Positions 41,014 through 56,280 of a stretch of 64,000 bases of DNA are shown here, piece by piece (the first letter of the stretch is position 1; every line of letters begins with the position of its first letter). The translations under genes were made by a program, and so were the position numbers. The stretch lies in NCBI RefSeq assembly GCF_009914755.1, contig NC_060930.1; one strand, given 5' to 3'. This stretch comes from the human T2T-CHM13v2.0 reference genome, Homo sapiens. Below the pieces are notes generated by a model that saw nothing but the letters and a program-made list of their open reading frames with translations, was not told where the DNA came from and ran no database searches.

Positions 41014-41160
41014 TCACTGCCAGACATCTTTCTTATTGACATCCCCATCTCGAGAATCCAAGTTAGTATTAACTGAGGGATTAGACTTTGCCTTGCCCTG
41101 AAAGAGAGAAAAACAAACTGACCACCACTCTAGAGACTGTTTAGTCTCAAAAGTCGGCGC

Positions 41161-41164
<4 letters not shown>

Positions 41165-41198
<34 letters not shown>
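41165..41198. repeat. (AC)17 microsatellite
   Basis: Direct reading. Confidence 0.97.
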
Positions 41199-41200
<2 letters not shown>

Positions 41201-43081
41201 CCAACCAACCAAAAAAAAAACAGGTAAAGGCAGACAAATTCCAACCCATCCCCTATGTGCTGTGCCCTGGGCAAACCCTCTGACATCCTTCAGACTCAGC
41301 TTCTTCCTCTATGAAAAGGGACAATAACACTTACCTCTTGTGGGTGTGGGGCAGATGAGGGCCAATGTTAATAAACCACTCACATTCATGCACTCACTAA
41401 TCAAAGCTTTCATTGTTATCAAGGATAATTCTAATTCAAGTAAGCTATGAAGATGGCATGACAGACACAAAATCAGCCAGGGGGAGCCCACATTGGAGGG
41501 CAGTCCACAATGGAAGGCTTCTTGGAGGAGGAGATGATTGAGCTGCTTCTACTAAGGTAGGCATCGTTTAGGCAAGTGGGAAAATGTTCATGAATGCATG
41601 GTGGGGGGTGGTGCGAAGATTCTTGAAGGAGAGATCTACAAAATCAGAAGCATGGAGAGTGAGGGAGGAAAGATTTGGACATGTTTGGGAACCAGTGTGT
41701 AACTGGGGAGAGATGTGGATTGTAAAGGGTGAGGGACCTACTGCCTGAGAGGTGGCAAGAGCTCCATCTTTGACAACTCAGTGGGCAAAACAAAGTCCTG
41801 GGGTGGGCCCAGGAATTGGCCCTGCACCAGAAATTCAGATGCGCACTTGTGTTTGAGAATTGCTATTTTCATCTGAGGAAGGAGGTGCAGCCTGGGATAA
41901 AGGGATGTGGGGTTCAGTAGAGCAGGACCCTACTACCAGAGAGCCCAGCAGTTAGTCTGCAGGGGGCTTTGCTCTGGGAGGAAGCATGGGGGCTGGTATC
42001 GCATTTGACTCAAGACACTCACCTCCCCCAACTCTGCTTTGATGTGGTATCCTGCAGGCATAGGGAGTGCCATGGACTGGTGCCTGGGGAATTGCATGGG
42101 AAAGGAAAAGATGAATTGCATGTGCCCTCCAGGAAGTTTGGAAGCTGGTCTGGAGAGTGTGAAGCCAGGGCTGGCTAAACATCTACAGCAACCATTTCTA
42201 GCTAAGAGCTTTAAACTCATTAGTCTCAATCTCCCAACAGTCCAGGTGGGTTGGAGGCATTATGTAATTGTCATGCCCCTTTCCTGCACAGATTGAGCCC
42301 CAGAGAGGTTGAGTAGCTTGGGCAAGGTCACACAGCTGGGAAGCAGTGGAGCTGGAATTCACAAGTCCGTCTGATTCTAGAGCCCATGCACAGCGTTTCT
42401 TTCTCTCCCTTCCTCTTCCACCTCCTTTTTCTCCTCCTCCTCCTTCCTCTCTCTCTCTCTTAGATAATTGCATTTACATGGTCTCAAAATCAAAGGGTAC
42501 AAAAGGATATACAGTGATAATCCTCTTCCTACTATTTCCCAGTTTTCCTTCCTAGAGAAAAGTAAGGGTACTAGTTTCTTGCAACTAGCTTTAGAATATT
42601 CAATTCATATATAAATGAGTATATTCCATAGATATTCTTCCCCATTTTTTAGACAAAAAAAATGGTGGCATCCTATATGTACTGTTTGGCACTGAGGGTT
42701 TTGTTTTTTTTTTTAACTTAGTATTTCTTGATAGTCTTTCCCTGTCAGTTCATAAAAAGCCTTTCCTTATTCTGCTTTATTATCTGCATACTCAACTCAT
42801 CCTCTATTTGGTGGATGTAGAGGGGGCTCCCGACCTTATGCAGTTACAACCCATTCTGTGTGAGCATCCCTGACCTCAGGTGCAGAAGGCATGAGCAGCA
42901 CATCTGTCAGATAACACATCTGTCAGATGACACCCTAGAAGGGGAGATGCTGAACACACTTGGTGCCATTCGTTAGCTTCTCCTCAAATCTGCTCACAGA
43001 CTTAACCATAACGATACTTCTTTCTTCTATAATCTGGCTGCTCCAGCATGTTCCTCTGACAGCACTTTCTCCCACAGACTC

Positions 43082-43843
43082 TGTTGCCAAACTTGGGTCT
43101 GCCCACCAGGTGCAGCAAAGCCAAGCACTGACATTGGGATTTGCAGCAAGAGAAAGTGAGGCATTTACTGCAGGGTGCCAAGCAAGGAGAATCGGGCAGC
43201 TCATGCTTAAGCCCCGAACTCCAGGGTGGCTCACAGGTAAGGGTTTTTAAAGGCAGGGAGGCAGAGGTTACAGGCAAAGTCATAAATCAATACATGGAAA
43301 CTGTGCATTGGTTTGACCTAAAAGGGTGGGACATCTCGAAGCGGGGCCCGCAGGTCATAGGTGGATTCAAAGATCCTCTGATTTGTGATTGGTTAAGGAG
43401 GCAAAGCTTTGTCTAAAAACCTGGGGTCAGCAGAAAGGAATGTTGAGCTCTGGCCTGTGGGTGTGACTTCCTCCAGGCCCCTCAGGAAGAAATGTTGAAC
43501 AAAGAATGGTGGTCTGAGTTCAGTCCTCGGCTCCCAACTGAAGTCTCTGTGCCAGTGGATGGCATTTTCCATTTGCTGGGGGCCTGGGTTTCTGAAAAAC
43601 AACTCAGGAACATATATTAAGATGTTATCTTAAGTTTCAATAGGGAACCAAGTATTTTGTGACTCTAACTTCCTTGGCTATTTTTTTTGAAAAGCTATTA
43701 TTTCCTTCTTGCTTATCATGTTGTTCATTTACTCTCAGGGCTAGCTAGGTGCCTGGAACTTCCCTTGAAAGAACTCAAGATGTTCCTTTATTTCTATGCC
43801 TGGCGAGGGAGTTATGCCTGGCAGGCCCTTAAACTCTGTCTCA
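43082..43843 (-). mobile_element. ERV1 solo LTR (MER31/MER67-like), full length
   Basis: TG...CA termini with 4-bp TSD ACTC (43078-43081 / 43844-43847). Contains the gcaaggagaatcgggcagctcatgcttaag motif. Subfamily uncertain. Confidence 0.75.
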
Positions 43844-44508
43844 ACTCTGGCTATCAGGATGCTGGTCCTGCCTTCCAGGCACTGCTGCAGGGAGGGGTGG
43901 GTGGCTCTGCCCCTGTGCCCAGCACACAGTAGGTGAGTACTCAGCACAGGGGAGCTGCATCCGCTCTTCTGTGGCATTGTCATTTATCTTCAAGGAGCAT
44001 TTCCTCATTCAGTCCTCACAACAGCCTTGTGGGTACCTGGCAGGAACCGTCATCCCCACGTTACAGGTAGGCAAACAGGGGCTCAGGGACATCCTGATTT
44101 GGCCTTGGCCTCATTGGCTGAGGAGGAAACCCAGGCTCCCTGACTCCCCGCACAGTTTCACTCCCCGCCCCCCGCCACACTGCCTCCCAGCGGCTGCTGA
44201 AATGCAATTAGCCAGGGAGGGACCTGCTTTTCAGCTTTATACTGTCTGTTATTCCACACACAGATATACGAATGGCACAGGGCCATCTCAGCCTGTTTTT
44301 GTTTGCCAACAAACATGAGAAAGATTAGGATATCTAGCCAACATTTTGTGAGTCCTCACAACACTGCAGGCAGGTCTCTGTGCACATACACGCTCATCTA
44401 CTTCTCAGAAACAGAGGGGTGAGGGCTGGTATCACCCCTGCTGCACAGATGAGGGTAATGAGTAGCAGGGAGCAGAGCCAGGGTTTAAACAGATCCCACA
44501 TTTTTGGA

Positions 44509-44836
<328 letters not shown>

Positions 44837-46795
44837 TAGTTATATGATACTGATAACTTGTCATTATCAGTATAATTCAAGCCTCTGCTGAAATGGTGGC
44901 ATCTACTTGGTATGATTTCAGAGACAACAGGAAGGTCCTTTATGCATAAGAAACTAGACGCTTTCCCACCCAGCTTCGAGTCACTCACAATTGCACAATT
45001 CGAGCTCCGTCCTTTTGCCACGGCTTTGAGCTCTGTTGAAACAAGATCCTCCCAGGTGTTTCTCAGTCTTCTAATGCTCAGGCCTGCTTTTCATGACATA
45101 AACAGCTCTGTCCCTTTCTGTAGTTCTAATTACAAAAACAAAAGGTTCTTCCCACACGTAAAATTACATAGTACTCTTAAATATGTCTTCTTGAACGCCA
45201 TCGCCCCATCCCAGACTCAGGACCAGCCTCCCCGCGCTCACTGCTGTCACTGCTTTCCGCACTCCCTGCGGATTTTAGGATTTTAGCTCCCATCTCGCGT
45301 CCTCTCTCCAGCTCCTCCTGCCCCCTGCCTGGTGGTTTCACCATCCACTTACCAGCCCGCCGATGGTGCCCTGGCCTCCCAGTTCTTTGACCTCCTCTCC
45401 CCAGTGATCTTCCAGGGCTCGGCACTCAGTTTCCTGGTCAAGCTTGAGCCCTCCAGAGAAGCCACTGTCAAACCTCTTTCCGGCTCGTGCCTTGGAGCCA
45501 TCGCCCCTCAGGGCCCCACAGACTACTGACCTCACCCGCTTTCAAATCCCTACTCCCTCCTTTCCCAGCCTAAATTCCAGGGTTAGTTATTCTAGTCCCT
45601 ACCTTTTCTATACCCTTCCCTCCACACTCCAAGTTGGACTGTACTTGCTTGGCAAAACCCCAACCCAGTTAGATCCAGTTCTCCGCCAACTCTGCCTGCT
45701 CTACTGTGTGTCTTACTTGCTTATTTTATTACCTCTGACTCCCTCCACCAGCATGTTGACCCCACGGGGACAGGGGCTATGTCCCTGCTGCTCTGCCCTA
45801 GCAGCCAAAGAATATCTGGTACATAGTAAGTGCATATTCATTAAAGTGTATAGTCGATGAATGAATTTTTCTAGGTGTGGAGAAAGATCTGAGAGCAGGT
45901 TTACCATAGTATCTGGGGAAAAAGCAGAGGGGGGACGTTGTGTTGTGTCCAAGGGGGCTAGAGGAGGGTCAAGGAGGAAGGCATAAGGAGGCCAAGCCCA
46001 GGGGCTCCTCCAGTTTGCCCAGAGAATGCCACCATTCTTTCCTAATTAGCTCCTTTTGGTCTGGGAGAAGCTCTTAGAAGAGTATTTCATTCTCGAGCCC
46101 TAATCACAGGATTCTGAACCCTTACTAAACTGTTGCTTCCTGCAGTCTTGGTTACTCAGGGCTCCCGAGCCAACGTTTGGATGGCTGTGATTATCTGGGA
46201 TGTCTCAGGAGTGACCTAACCACTTACCTCTTCCAAGTTCTGAATTTTACAACAGGAAATTGAGGCCCAGAGAACAGAAGGACACATGGGTGCTGCTGGT
46301 AGAGCCCGAACTGGAACCCAGATCTGCCTCCAGTCCCGGGCTCATCTGCCACCGTGTACCATGCCCTCTCTCTGTTGTCACATGCAGTCACTTGCCCGAT
46401 TGTCCACACCCTTAAAAGAAGCAGAGAAAATGTTTGGTGTAATCCACACCGAACACTCAGATGAACAATGCTGTGGGAGGAAGGGAGGTGATTTAAAAAA
46501 ATAATAATAAAATAAAAGAAAAATGCAGTGGAGAACAGATATAAGGATTCGACAAGGCTCTGGTGAACCTGCAAAACTTGCTTCCTGAGCGACAGGACAG
46601 TTCTCAGGGCCCTGCATGTAGCACCTCATCTACTCCTCCAACAGCCCTCTGAGGGAGGCTCTGTTATTATTACTTCTATTTTATTGAGACACAAGGAAAT
46701 TGCGTAACCACACACATTATTAGGAAGTGACACAGCCTAAATTCAAACACTGCTTCACTCGGGCTCGTGCTTATAACCTTACCTAGGTGTCTTAA

Positions 46796-47113
<318 letters not shown>

Positions 47114-48399
47114 AACTTTTCAATTTAAGCAAACGTCCCCCCACCAAAAGATTGAGTCCTATTGAGAAGAACTTCATCTTCTGAAAAAGGGGGGGTGTGG
47201 GCAAGGTCGGCACTGCTTGTTGCACTGGATGCTGGCTGCATATCTGCCCTAGAGAGGCCCAACGGGGAAGGTGCAGAGGCCAGGGGAGAGGTAACTTGCT
47301 CTTACAGAGTCCCACTTCATGCCAGGTGTTTCTGTCCATTAGTGCTGCTTAGTTTTTGCTAGGGGCCTAGTCATGGGATCCCACAGCTAGGAGGTGGTAT
47401 AACCTGCATACTTTCTCCTCCTAGAGACTTCCCAAGGCTTGTGTTACACAGGACATGAGTAAACATTACTAGTAAGGCATTTCTGGGTCATGAGCTTGGG
47501 GTTGGAAGTCATCTCGGTACATCCCAGCTGAGGCTCTGACCTTACATTCTTCCTTTTATTTCCTGAGAACTAAAAAATATTATACACACTGGAGTTTCCA
47601 TTGAGATGAATAAAAGAGTTGGAACCAGCTTATCATCAGGTTTTGACTCCAAAAAAGGAAACAGCTTGTTCTAATTTACCAAACCTTAAGTCAAATACAG
47701 TTCTATTTTTGACCGAATTGTCCACAGGATTCCAAATTTGACATTTTGTCTTTTTAAAGATGAGTGAACTGATGTGGAGTTTCTAAACAGAGGATGCCCA
47801 GTGTGGCAGAAAATAAAACAATGGCCTGGGTGTTGGGACTCGTAGGTTTTGGGCCTGGCTCTGACTTAGGGTTGTGGTGTGACTTGGAGCAGGTCACCAG
47901 CCATCTCTGGACCTCAGCTTCAGCACCACGTAAGTGAAGGATTTGTGTATGATGAGCTCTAGGCTCCCCTGAGATCTAACTAACGTTCTAGGATAGGGAC
48001 ATGGGCTCTGGACTCAGACCATGAGAGTTTACATCCCTGTTTCATCACTTACTAGCTGGTAAGTGAACAAGTTGGACAAGTTGCTTAACTACTCTGAGAT
48101 CCAATTTCTTCATATGTAAAACAGAGATTGATATTACCTCTGTCCTAAGGTTGCAAAGATAGAAGAAGAAAATTCATATAACTTGCTTAGCACAGAGTTC
48201 CGGATGAACAGAAAACGTGGTCAATAGTGGTTAGTTATTGCAATGATGAGGGTTCTTTATATGCTACTACAAATAAAGGAAGAACCAGACCATAAAAATC
48301 TGAGCCTCCACTAATAAATATTTATTAAGCACATACTCCTCATTTGCAGTGAACGCTTTCGGTTGGCTACCCAAACCATTCCCAGCCCCTTCCTTGTCA

Positions 48400-48860
48400 T
48401 CTCCAACCACAGAGATCGGAAATCCAGATATTCTCTTTCCTGGCCTTGTTCTGCCATGTGATCATGCTTTGGCTGTGAGATGCGAGCTACTGGGTGGCTT
48501 CTGGGAGGCCTTTTGTTCCCGGCTAAAGCAACAGTCCCAAGAGAAGAGCCCCCTGTGGTCCCTTCTGCTTCTCTCACCTTAAATATGAATACTGTATGTT
48601 ATTTGGAGATGTGGCAGCAGTCCTGTGATCATGAGGCACAGTCACAGGAAGGAAAGCCCAAAAGCTGAGAATATCATGGTGTAAGGCTGGAAAGAGCCTA
48701 GGTGCTGGGTGACATTGCTGAGCAGAGAAACCAACCGCAGCAGTTATTGGGTGTTAGATTTTTTGCTCTGTGAAAATACCACCACCACCCATGCTTGTTT
48801 AAGCCAATGATAGTTGGGCATCTTATTCCTTGTAGCTGAGTTCATCCTGTCTCATACATC
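48400..48860. mobile_element. MLT1-type MaLR LTR remnant
   Basis: ggcagcagtcctgtgatcatgagg...cttgtttaagcca...cttgtagctga text. Further MLT1 pieces at ~49678-49955, ~50430-50660 and ~55560-55800. Confidence 0.65.
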
Positions 48861-49010
48861 ATTCAACAAATATTTATTGAGTGTCTACTAGTGCTAGGCA
48901 CCATTCTAGGTATTAGGGTCATAAGAAGAGATAACCGTCTTTAAGGTTTTATAGTCTACTCAGGGAGACAGGCAAGTTGGTGTTTTAATGCAATAGAAAT
49001 GTAAGAGGTA

Positions 49011-49296
49011 GGCTGGGTGTGGTGGCTCACACTCTGTTGCCAGGCTAGAGTGCAGTGGCGTGATCCTGGCTCACTGCAACCTCTGACTCCCCGGTTCAAG
49101 TGATTCTCCTGCCTCAGCCTCCCAAGTAGCTAGGATTACAGGCATACGCCACCACGTCCAGCTAATTTTTGTATTTTTAGTAGAGCCGGGGTTTCACCAT
49201 GTTGGCCAGGATGGTCTCGATCTCCTGACCTCGTGATCCACCTGCCTCGGCCTCCCAAAGTGCTGGGATTACAGGTGTGAGCCACAGCGCCCGGCC
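49011..49296 (-). mobile_element. Tailless AluSc-like element capped by a 22-bp sense Alu head
   Basis: ggctgggtgtggtggctcacac fused to tctgttgccaggct...cccggcc; no poly-T. Confidence 0.85.
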
Positions 49297-49349
49297 TGTA
49301 AAGGCTTTCAGAACACATACTTCGTTTTGCTCACCAATGCATCTCCAGC

Positions 49350-49615
49350 AAGGAGAGAAGGCAAAGGGGCCGTTTCTAGTAAGGTAGGGAACCAACAGTT
49401 CTGCCTCAAATTTCCTCATCTTGGGTCTCCCCACCCCCTCACTTCATTCCTGATACTGCCACTATTCATTCACTCATTTAACTAACTATTCATTCATTGC
49501 ATTAGTCAGCTTTGGCTAGATCTTTTTGTGTTTTTGGAGACAGGCTCTTTCTCTGTCATCCAGGCTGGAGTACAGTGATGCCATCATAGCTCACTGCAAC
49601 CTAGAACTCCTGGGC
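49350..49615 (-). repeat. Inverted duplication, left arm (includes Alu 3' end)
   Basis: Reverse complement of 50161-50425; about 31 differences in 266 bp by manual alignment. Confidence 0.93.
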
Positions 49616-49956
49616 TGCTGGGTTTGGTTTCTCTGCTTAGCAATGTCATAATAGATGCTTAATAAATATGTGTTGAGTGTGGTAACTGTTACTTCTGTTC
49701 ATCCTGCACAAAGGATGATTGCTCTTCTATGCCCTTCTGAAGTTAGGTGTAGCTATGTGACTTGCTTTAACCAGTAAGATGTGAGCAGGAATGATGCATG
49801 TCAAGTTCAGGTGGAAGCATTTCAGAGCTGGCACAGATCTCTTTTTCTCTTCCCCCTGCTGCCAGTGAAGGTTCAGTTGATACCATGGCCAAATATGTAA
49901 ACTTGTTATTCCAAGCTACTGGTAGTTCAAGATTGTTTGTTACCACAACATAACCA

Positions 49957-50253
49957 GGGAGTGGCTCACACCTGTAAATCCCAGCATCTTGGGAGGCAGA
50001 GGTGGGAGGACTGCTTGAGGCCAGGAGTTCGAAACCAACCTGGGCAACATAGTGAGAGACCCGTCTCTACAAAAAAAAATTTTTTTTTAATTAGCCAGGT
50101 GAGGTGGTGCAAGTCTGTAGTCCTAGCTACATGGGAGGCTGAGACAGGAGGATTGCTTGGGCCCAGGAATTCTAGGTTACAGTGAGCTATGATGGCACCA
50201 CTGTACTTCAGCCTGGATGACAGAGCAAGACCCTGTCTCCAAAAAAACAAAAA
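49957..50253 (+). mobile_element. AluJ interrupting the 3' end of an MLT1 LTR
   Basis: gttaccacaacataacc [Alu] acctagccaaaactgactaatgca. Confidence 0.88.
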
Positions 50254-50425
50254 GACCTAGCCAAAACTGACTAATGCAATGAATGAACGATTAGTTAAAT
50301 CAATGAATGAATAGCGGCAGTGTCAGGAATGAAGCAAAGGGGTGGGGAGACCCCAGGTAAGGAAGTTTGAGGCAGAACTGTCAGCTCCCTATCCTAATAG
50401 AAACTGCCCCTTGCCTTCTCTCCTT
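50161..50425 (+). repeat. Inverted duplication, right (source) arm
   Basis: Alu 3' end, MLT1 end and non-Alu flank, mirrored at 49350-49615. Confidence 0.93.
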
Positions 50426-51158
50426 CCTCCAGGCAGAGACTGCATCACTGTAGAGATGGAAAATGCCAAACAAGGGCTTTCCCAGCCTCCCCTGCAGCTC
50501 AGGCATGGACACATGACCCAGTTCCAGCTGGCAGATCCTGAGGACTTTCTGGAGGGCTTTCTAGAAAGGGTTTTTTTCTCCCCAGTAAAACTAGTCTTGT
50601 CATGTAATCCACTGCACATTGAGTTTTCTGTAACTTGCAGCCCAGAGCAGCCTAACAGAGACAGCATGGATTGCTGCAGTAACGCAGCAAGGAGATGAGG
50701 CAGCCCTGAGCGCAGACCTTCACGGAGGGGACAGAGAGGCGGGGATGGAGTAAGGAAGCCAGGAAGTGGAATCAGTAGGACTTGGTGAGCGACTGGGTTC
50801 AGGGGTTGGGCTGTGTGTGTACATGGCAAAAGGGGTCAAAAAAAAAAAAAAAACCCAGGCACTGATGTCAGGGAGCCCAAGGGAAGACACAGGTACTTAA
50901 TGAAGACACCCACTCCACAAGACAGTCTATCTGAGGACCAAAGTGTGCTGTCGGAGTTGTGAAAGGAGGGCTGAGGACTCAGGGGAAGCCTCGTGGAGAG
51001 GACAGGACATGAAGCATGGCTGAGCTTCAGATCTGAGTGGATAGAAGAGACGGTAATGTCTAGGCAGGCCCTTCCTGGTATTATCTTAGACCAAATGTTA
51101 CAGCTAGCACTTCACAAAAAATCTTTGCCTTGCAATTTTCATTTTTAACTTTGTTTCA

Positions 51159-51513
<355 letters not shown>

Positions 51514-51780
51514 TCAATACCAAATATACTATGAATGTCAACATCATTTAAAATATGGCTACTCAACATAGCATTGGGTGGATACACTGTAGATCATTTT
51601 ACTACTCCCTTACTCTGCAATGTAGCTTTACAATGCTTGAGTAGTTAAAATAATGCGGTGAGCTCTTTTGTTTAGAGGTAGGTTATTTCCTTAGAATATA
51701 TTTCCACAAATGGGTTAACTAAGTCAAATATCGAAAACAGTGAGTCTCATCTAAGACACAACTGTTATAATTCTTGATAA

Positions 51781-52145
<365 letters not shown>

Positions 52146-52591
52146 TAAAGTGCAAGACTGGCTCACCTGAACCAGGAAGAAGTTAACGTGTCTTTCGGCT
52201 GTATTCTCCCCGTGTGAGCTTAGCCCTCAGCACTGTCCTCATCTTAGATTCCTTACAGTCAGGGTATGCTGCTCCCATTCCGAGGTCATATGGTCTGACT
52301 ACAGAGCTAAAGTTGTAGCTACTGTTAACTGAGCTAGAAAGCAATATGTTTTCTCACCTTTAAAAAAAACAAAATTGCAACCCTTTATTAAACAGCTAAA
52401 CAACCATTAAATAGCCAAGTAAAGAATGCATCATCAATTGTTTTTACAAATAAACCTTTAAATAATGCTTAAATTTCTTAAAAACTAATTGCTTCTGTTC
52501 TTTTCTGACTAATCATGAATTCTTTTCAATCACATCCTAATCCCATCCTGGTCTTGGTTCCCTAATTGATTAGATTGGGCCATCCTAGGAA

Positions 52592-52909
52592 GGGTGGGTG
52601 GCTCACAACTGTAATCCCAACATTTTGGGAGACTGAGGTGGGAGGATTGCCTGAACCCAGGAGCTTGAGACTAGCCTGGGCAACATAGTGAGACCCTATC
52701 TCAACAGAAAATTTAAAATATTAGCCAGGCGTGGTGGGGTGCACCTGTAGTCCCAGCTATGCTGGAGGCTGAGGCAGAGGATCACTTGAGCCCATGAGTT
52801 CAAGGTTGCAGTGAACTATGATCACAGTACTGCATTCCAGCATAGGCGACGGAGGAAAACCCTGTCTCAAACAAACAAAAAAAAAAACAAAAAACAGAAA
52901 AAGAAAAGA
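52592..52909 (+). mobile_element. AluJ
   Basis: Dimer with mixed A-rich tail; tgggccatc on both sides. Confidence 0.88.
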
Positions 52910-53386
52910 ATGGGCCATCTTAACTGGAGTGGAGTTTAAAAGTCCTTGCAGGCTGCTGTAGGGATGGACCTGGCTTTCTCAACCAGGAATTTGTTATTGT
53001 GGCCATTGGGTCTACTTAACTCTGAGCCTTGGATTCAGGCCCCTCTCAGGGGCTGAGACCTCTCTGGGCCATTGGTAGACAGACAGAAGTGGCTGCTTGT
53101 GTGACCTGGATTATCATTTCTCTCCTTCTGGGGCACAGGATAGCCCTGGGCATTGAGAGAGGAGCAAGATCCAAGTAGAGACTGCAAAAGGATGTTCAAA
53201 GGGAGGGCAGGGGCTTGCCTCCGAGTTTAATTGGGCATCAAATGCCTGCATCATTGAAAACAATGACCTAGTGCCCGGACAATGAATTGCAACTTCTTTC
53301 CCAACTATGCAACTGATCATAACTTAACATAATCTGTCACTTTACTTTGCTGAATCTTATTTCCTCTTCTATAAACAGAGGTTTTA

Positions 53387-54069
<683 letters not shown>

Positions 54070-54504
54070 TTATTTGTAGTAGTTTTTTCTTTAATAACAA
54101 TGCCGCTAACATCTCTATTGCAGTTTATAGTTTACAGGAGTCCTTCTCAAACTCTAACATGCATCTGAAACACTGAGGGGTCTTGCTGAAATGCAGATCT
54201 TAGATTCAGTAGGTCTGGGCTTGGGCTGAGATGTTGCTGTTCACATACCACACTTTGAGTACCAAGAGTTTCCAGTAATTTGCAAACATGAAAATTTCTA
54301 ACGGTAGGTTCCTAGCAGACTTCCAGTCACCAGTTGTTTGTGTGTCTCACTTGTTATATGGTCAAAATAGCCCGGGCCTTTAATATCCTACAGGTGATAT
54401 AATTGAATGATGCAGATTTTTAAGGCAGAAACTAGGATCTACACAAGATTTTCCTAAGTGTGCTTGATATGTCAATAGATGTTACTTTAAAAAGATGTGG
54501 TCAG

Positions 54505-54632
54505 TCAGGCATGGTGGCTCACGCCTGTAATCCTAGCACTTTGAGAGGCCAAAGCAGGAGAATCCCTTGAACCCAGGAGTTTGAAACCAGCCTGGGCAAC
54601 ATAGGAAGAACCTGTCTTAGAAAAAAAAAAAA
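54505..54632 (+). mobile_element. Alu monomer (FLAM)
   Basis: Single arm with A tail; atgt(g/a)gtca on both sides. Confidence 0.82.
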
Positions 54633-54637
54633 TGTAG

Positions 54638-55040
<403 letters not shown>

Positions 55041-55044
55041 ACTC

Positions 55045-55550
55045 CCCACATTTCTGAGGTTTGAGAATTTTGTCTGAAATAAACAGACAGTAGACAGATT
55101 AATAGGAGAAAAAGCATACCAATTTATTAACATGCAAATGAATGGGAGTCCCACAAAGCTTGAAACTCAAAGAAGGGCAAGATGATTAAAGCTTAAATAC
55201 CCTCTTCATAGGGGAGAGGAAGTGGGGGGATATAGGCAACTTTAGAAGAAGAGTAAATGATTTTTAGGGGAGATTAACGGTTCTGAAGAACAGACAATAG
55301 CCTGGGACAAATTTTGCCTGGGATCTGGGTGTGGTGTCAACTCTAGTCTTCCTTTTTGCAATATGCATCAGTTTCCTCCAGTAGGTGAAATATGTGGGGA
55401 GGGGATTCACAACAATTTAATATCTTCCAGAGAAGCTTCTGGGTGGAGAACTTCAGAGAAAACCCTTCCCTGCATTTGCTGCTCCCCAGGTACTCTCAGT
55501 TTGAAGTCCAAAACAGCATATTTTAGGGTATCATTTTCTGAGCCCCAACA
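55045..55550 (-). mobile_element. ERV1 MER4-group LTR remnant
   Basis: agacagattaataggagaaaaagcatac..tttatt and a terminal ttttctgagccccaaca; subfamily uncertain. Confidence 0.55.
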
Positions 55551-56280
55551 ACGCTTTCTTTCTCATGTTAGTAACATAAAATCCAAACAGAAATTGCTTA
55601 AATAAGGATATTTTATTTTTCTCCCAGTACAAGACATTTGGCATCAGGGAAATTCTAATTAGTCCAGCGGCTCAGAGACATGATTAAAGACCCACATTCC
55701 TTCTGTCTTCTTGCTCTGCCATAGATGGCACAGCACATAGGCCTTGTCCTCAGGATGGCTATCCTTATGACCAGAAGTTGACTGTGGCAAAATAAACATC
55801 ACATCCTGATGATGGCCAAAGGCAAAAAAATGGGTTATTGCTTGTTTGTCTTTTTCTTTCAGATGTTGTATTTTTCAGTGCTAGAATTCCCACTGAGGTC
55901 TTTTTACAGTTTTTGTTTATCTGCTGAGGTTTCCCTTCTTTTCATTCATTATGAGCATATTCTCATTTACATTCTTGAAAATGGTTATAATAGCTGCTTT
56001 AAAATTCTTGTCTGTTAGTTTTTACATCTGAGTTGTCTCAAGGTTGGTCTCCATTGATTCCTTTTTCTCTTTTGTATGGGTCACATTTTCCTGCTTCTAA
56101 TGTCAAGCATCTTTGAACTGTCTCCTGAATATTGCGAGTGTACAGTGTAGGAACTCTGGATTTCTTTTGTTCTTCTGAAAAGTATTACTGTTTGTGTTTA
56201 TTTGTTTTAGCTAGCCGTTAAATTGGCCGAACTCTCAAACTGAAAATGCTCTTCCCTCTGATGAATAGGAGCTGAAATCT

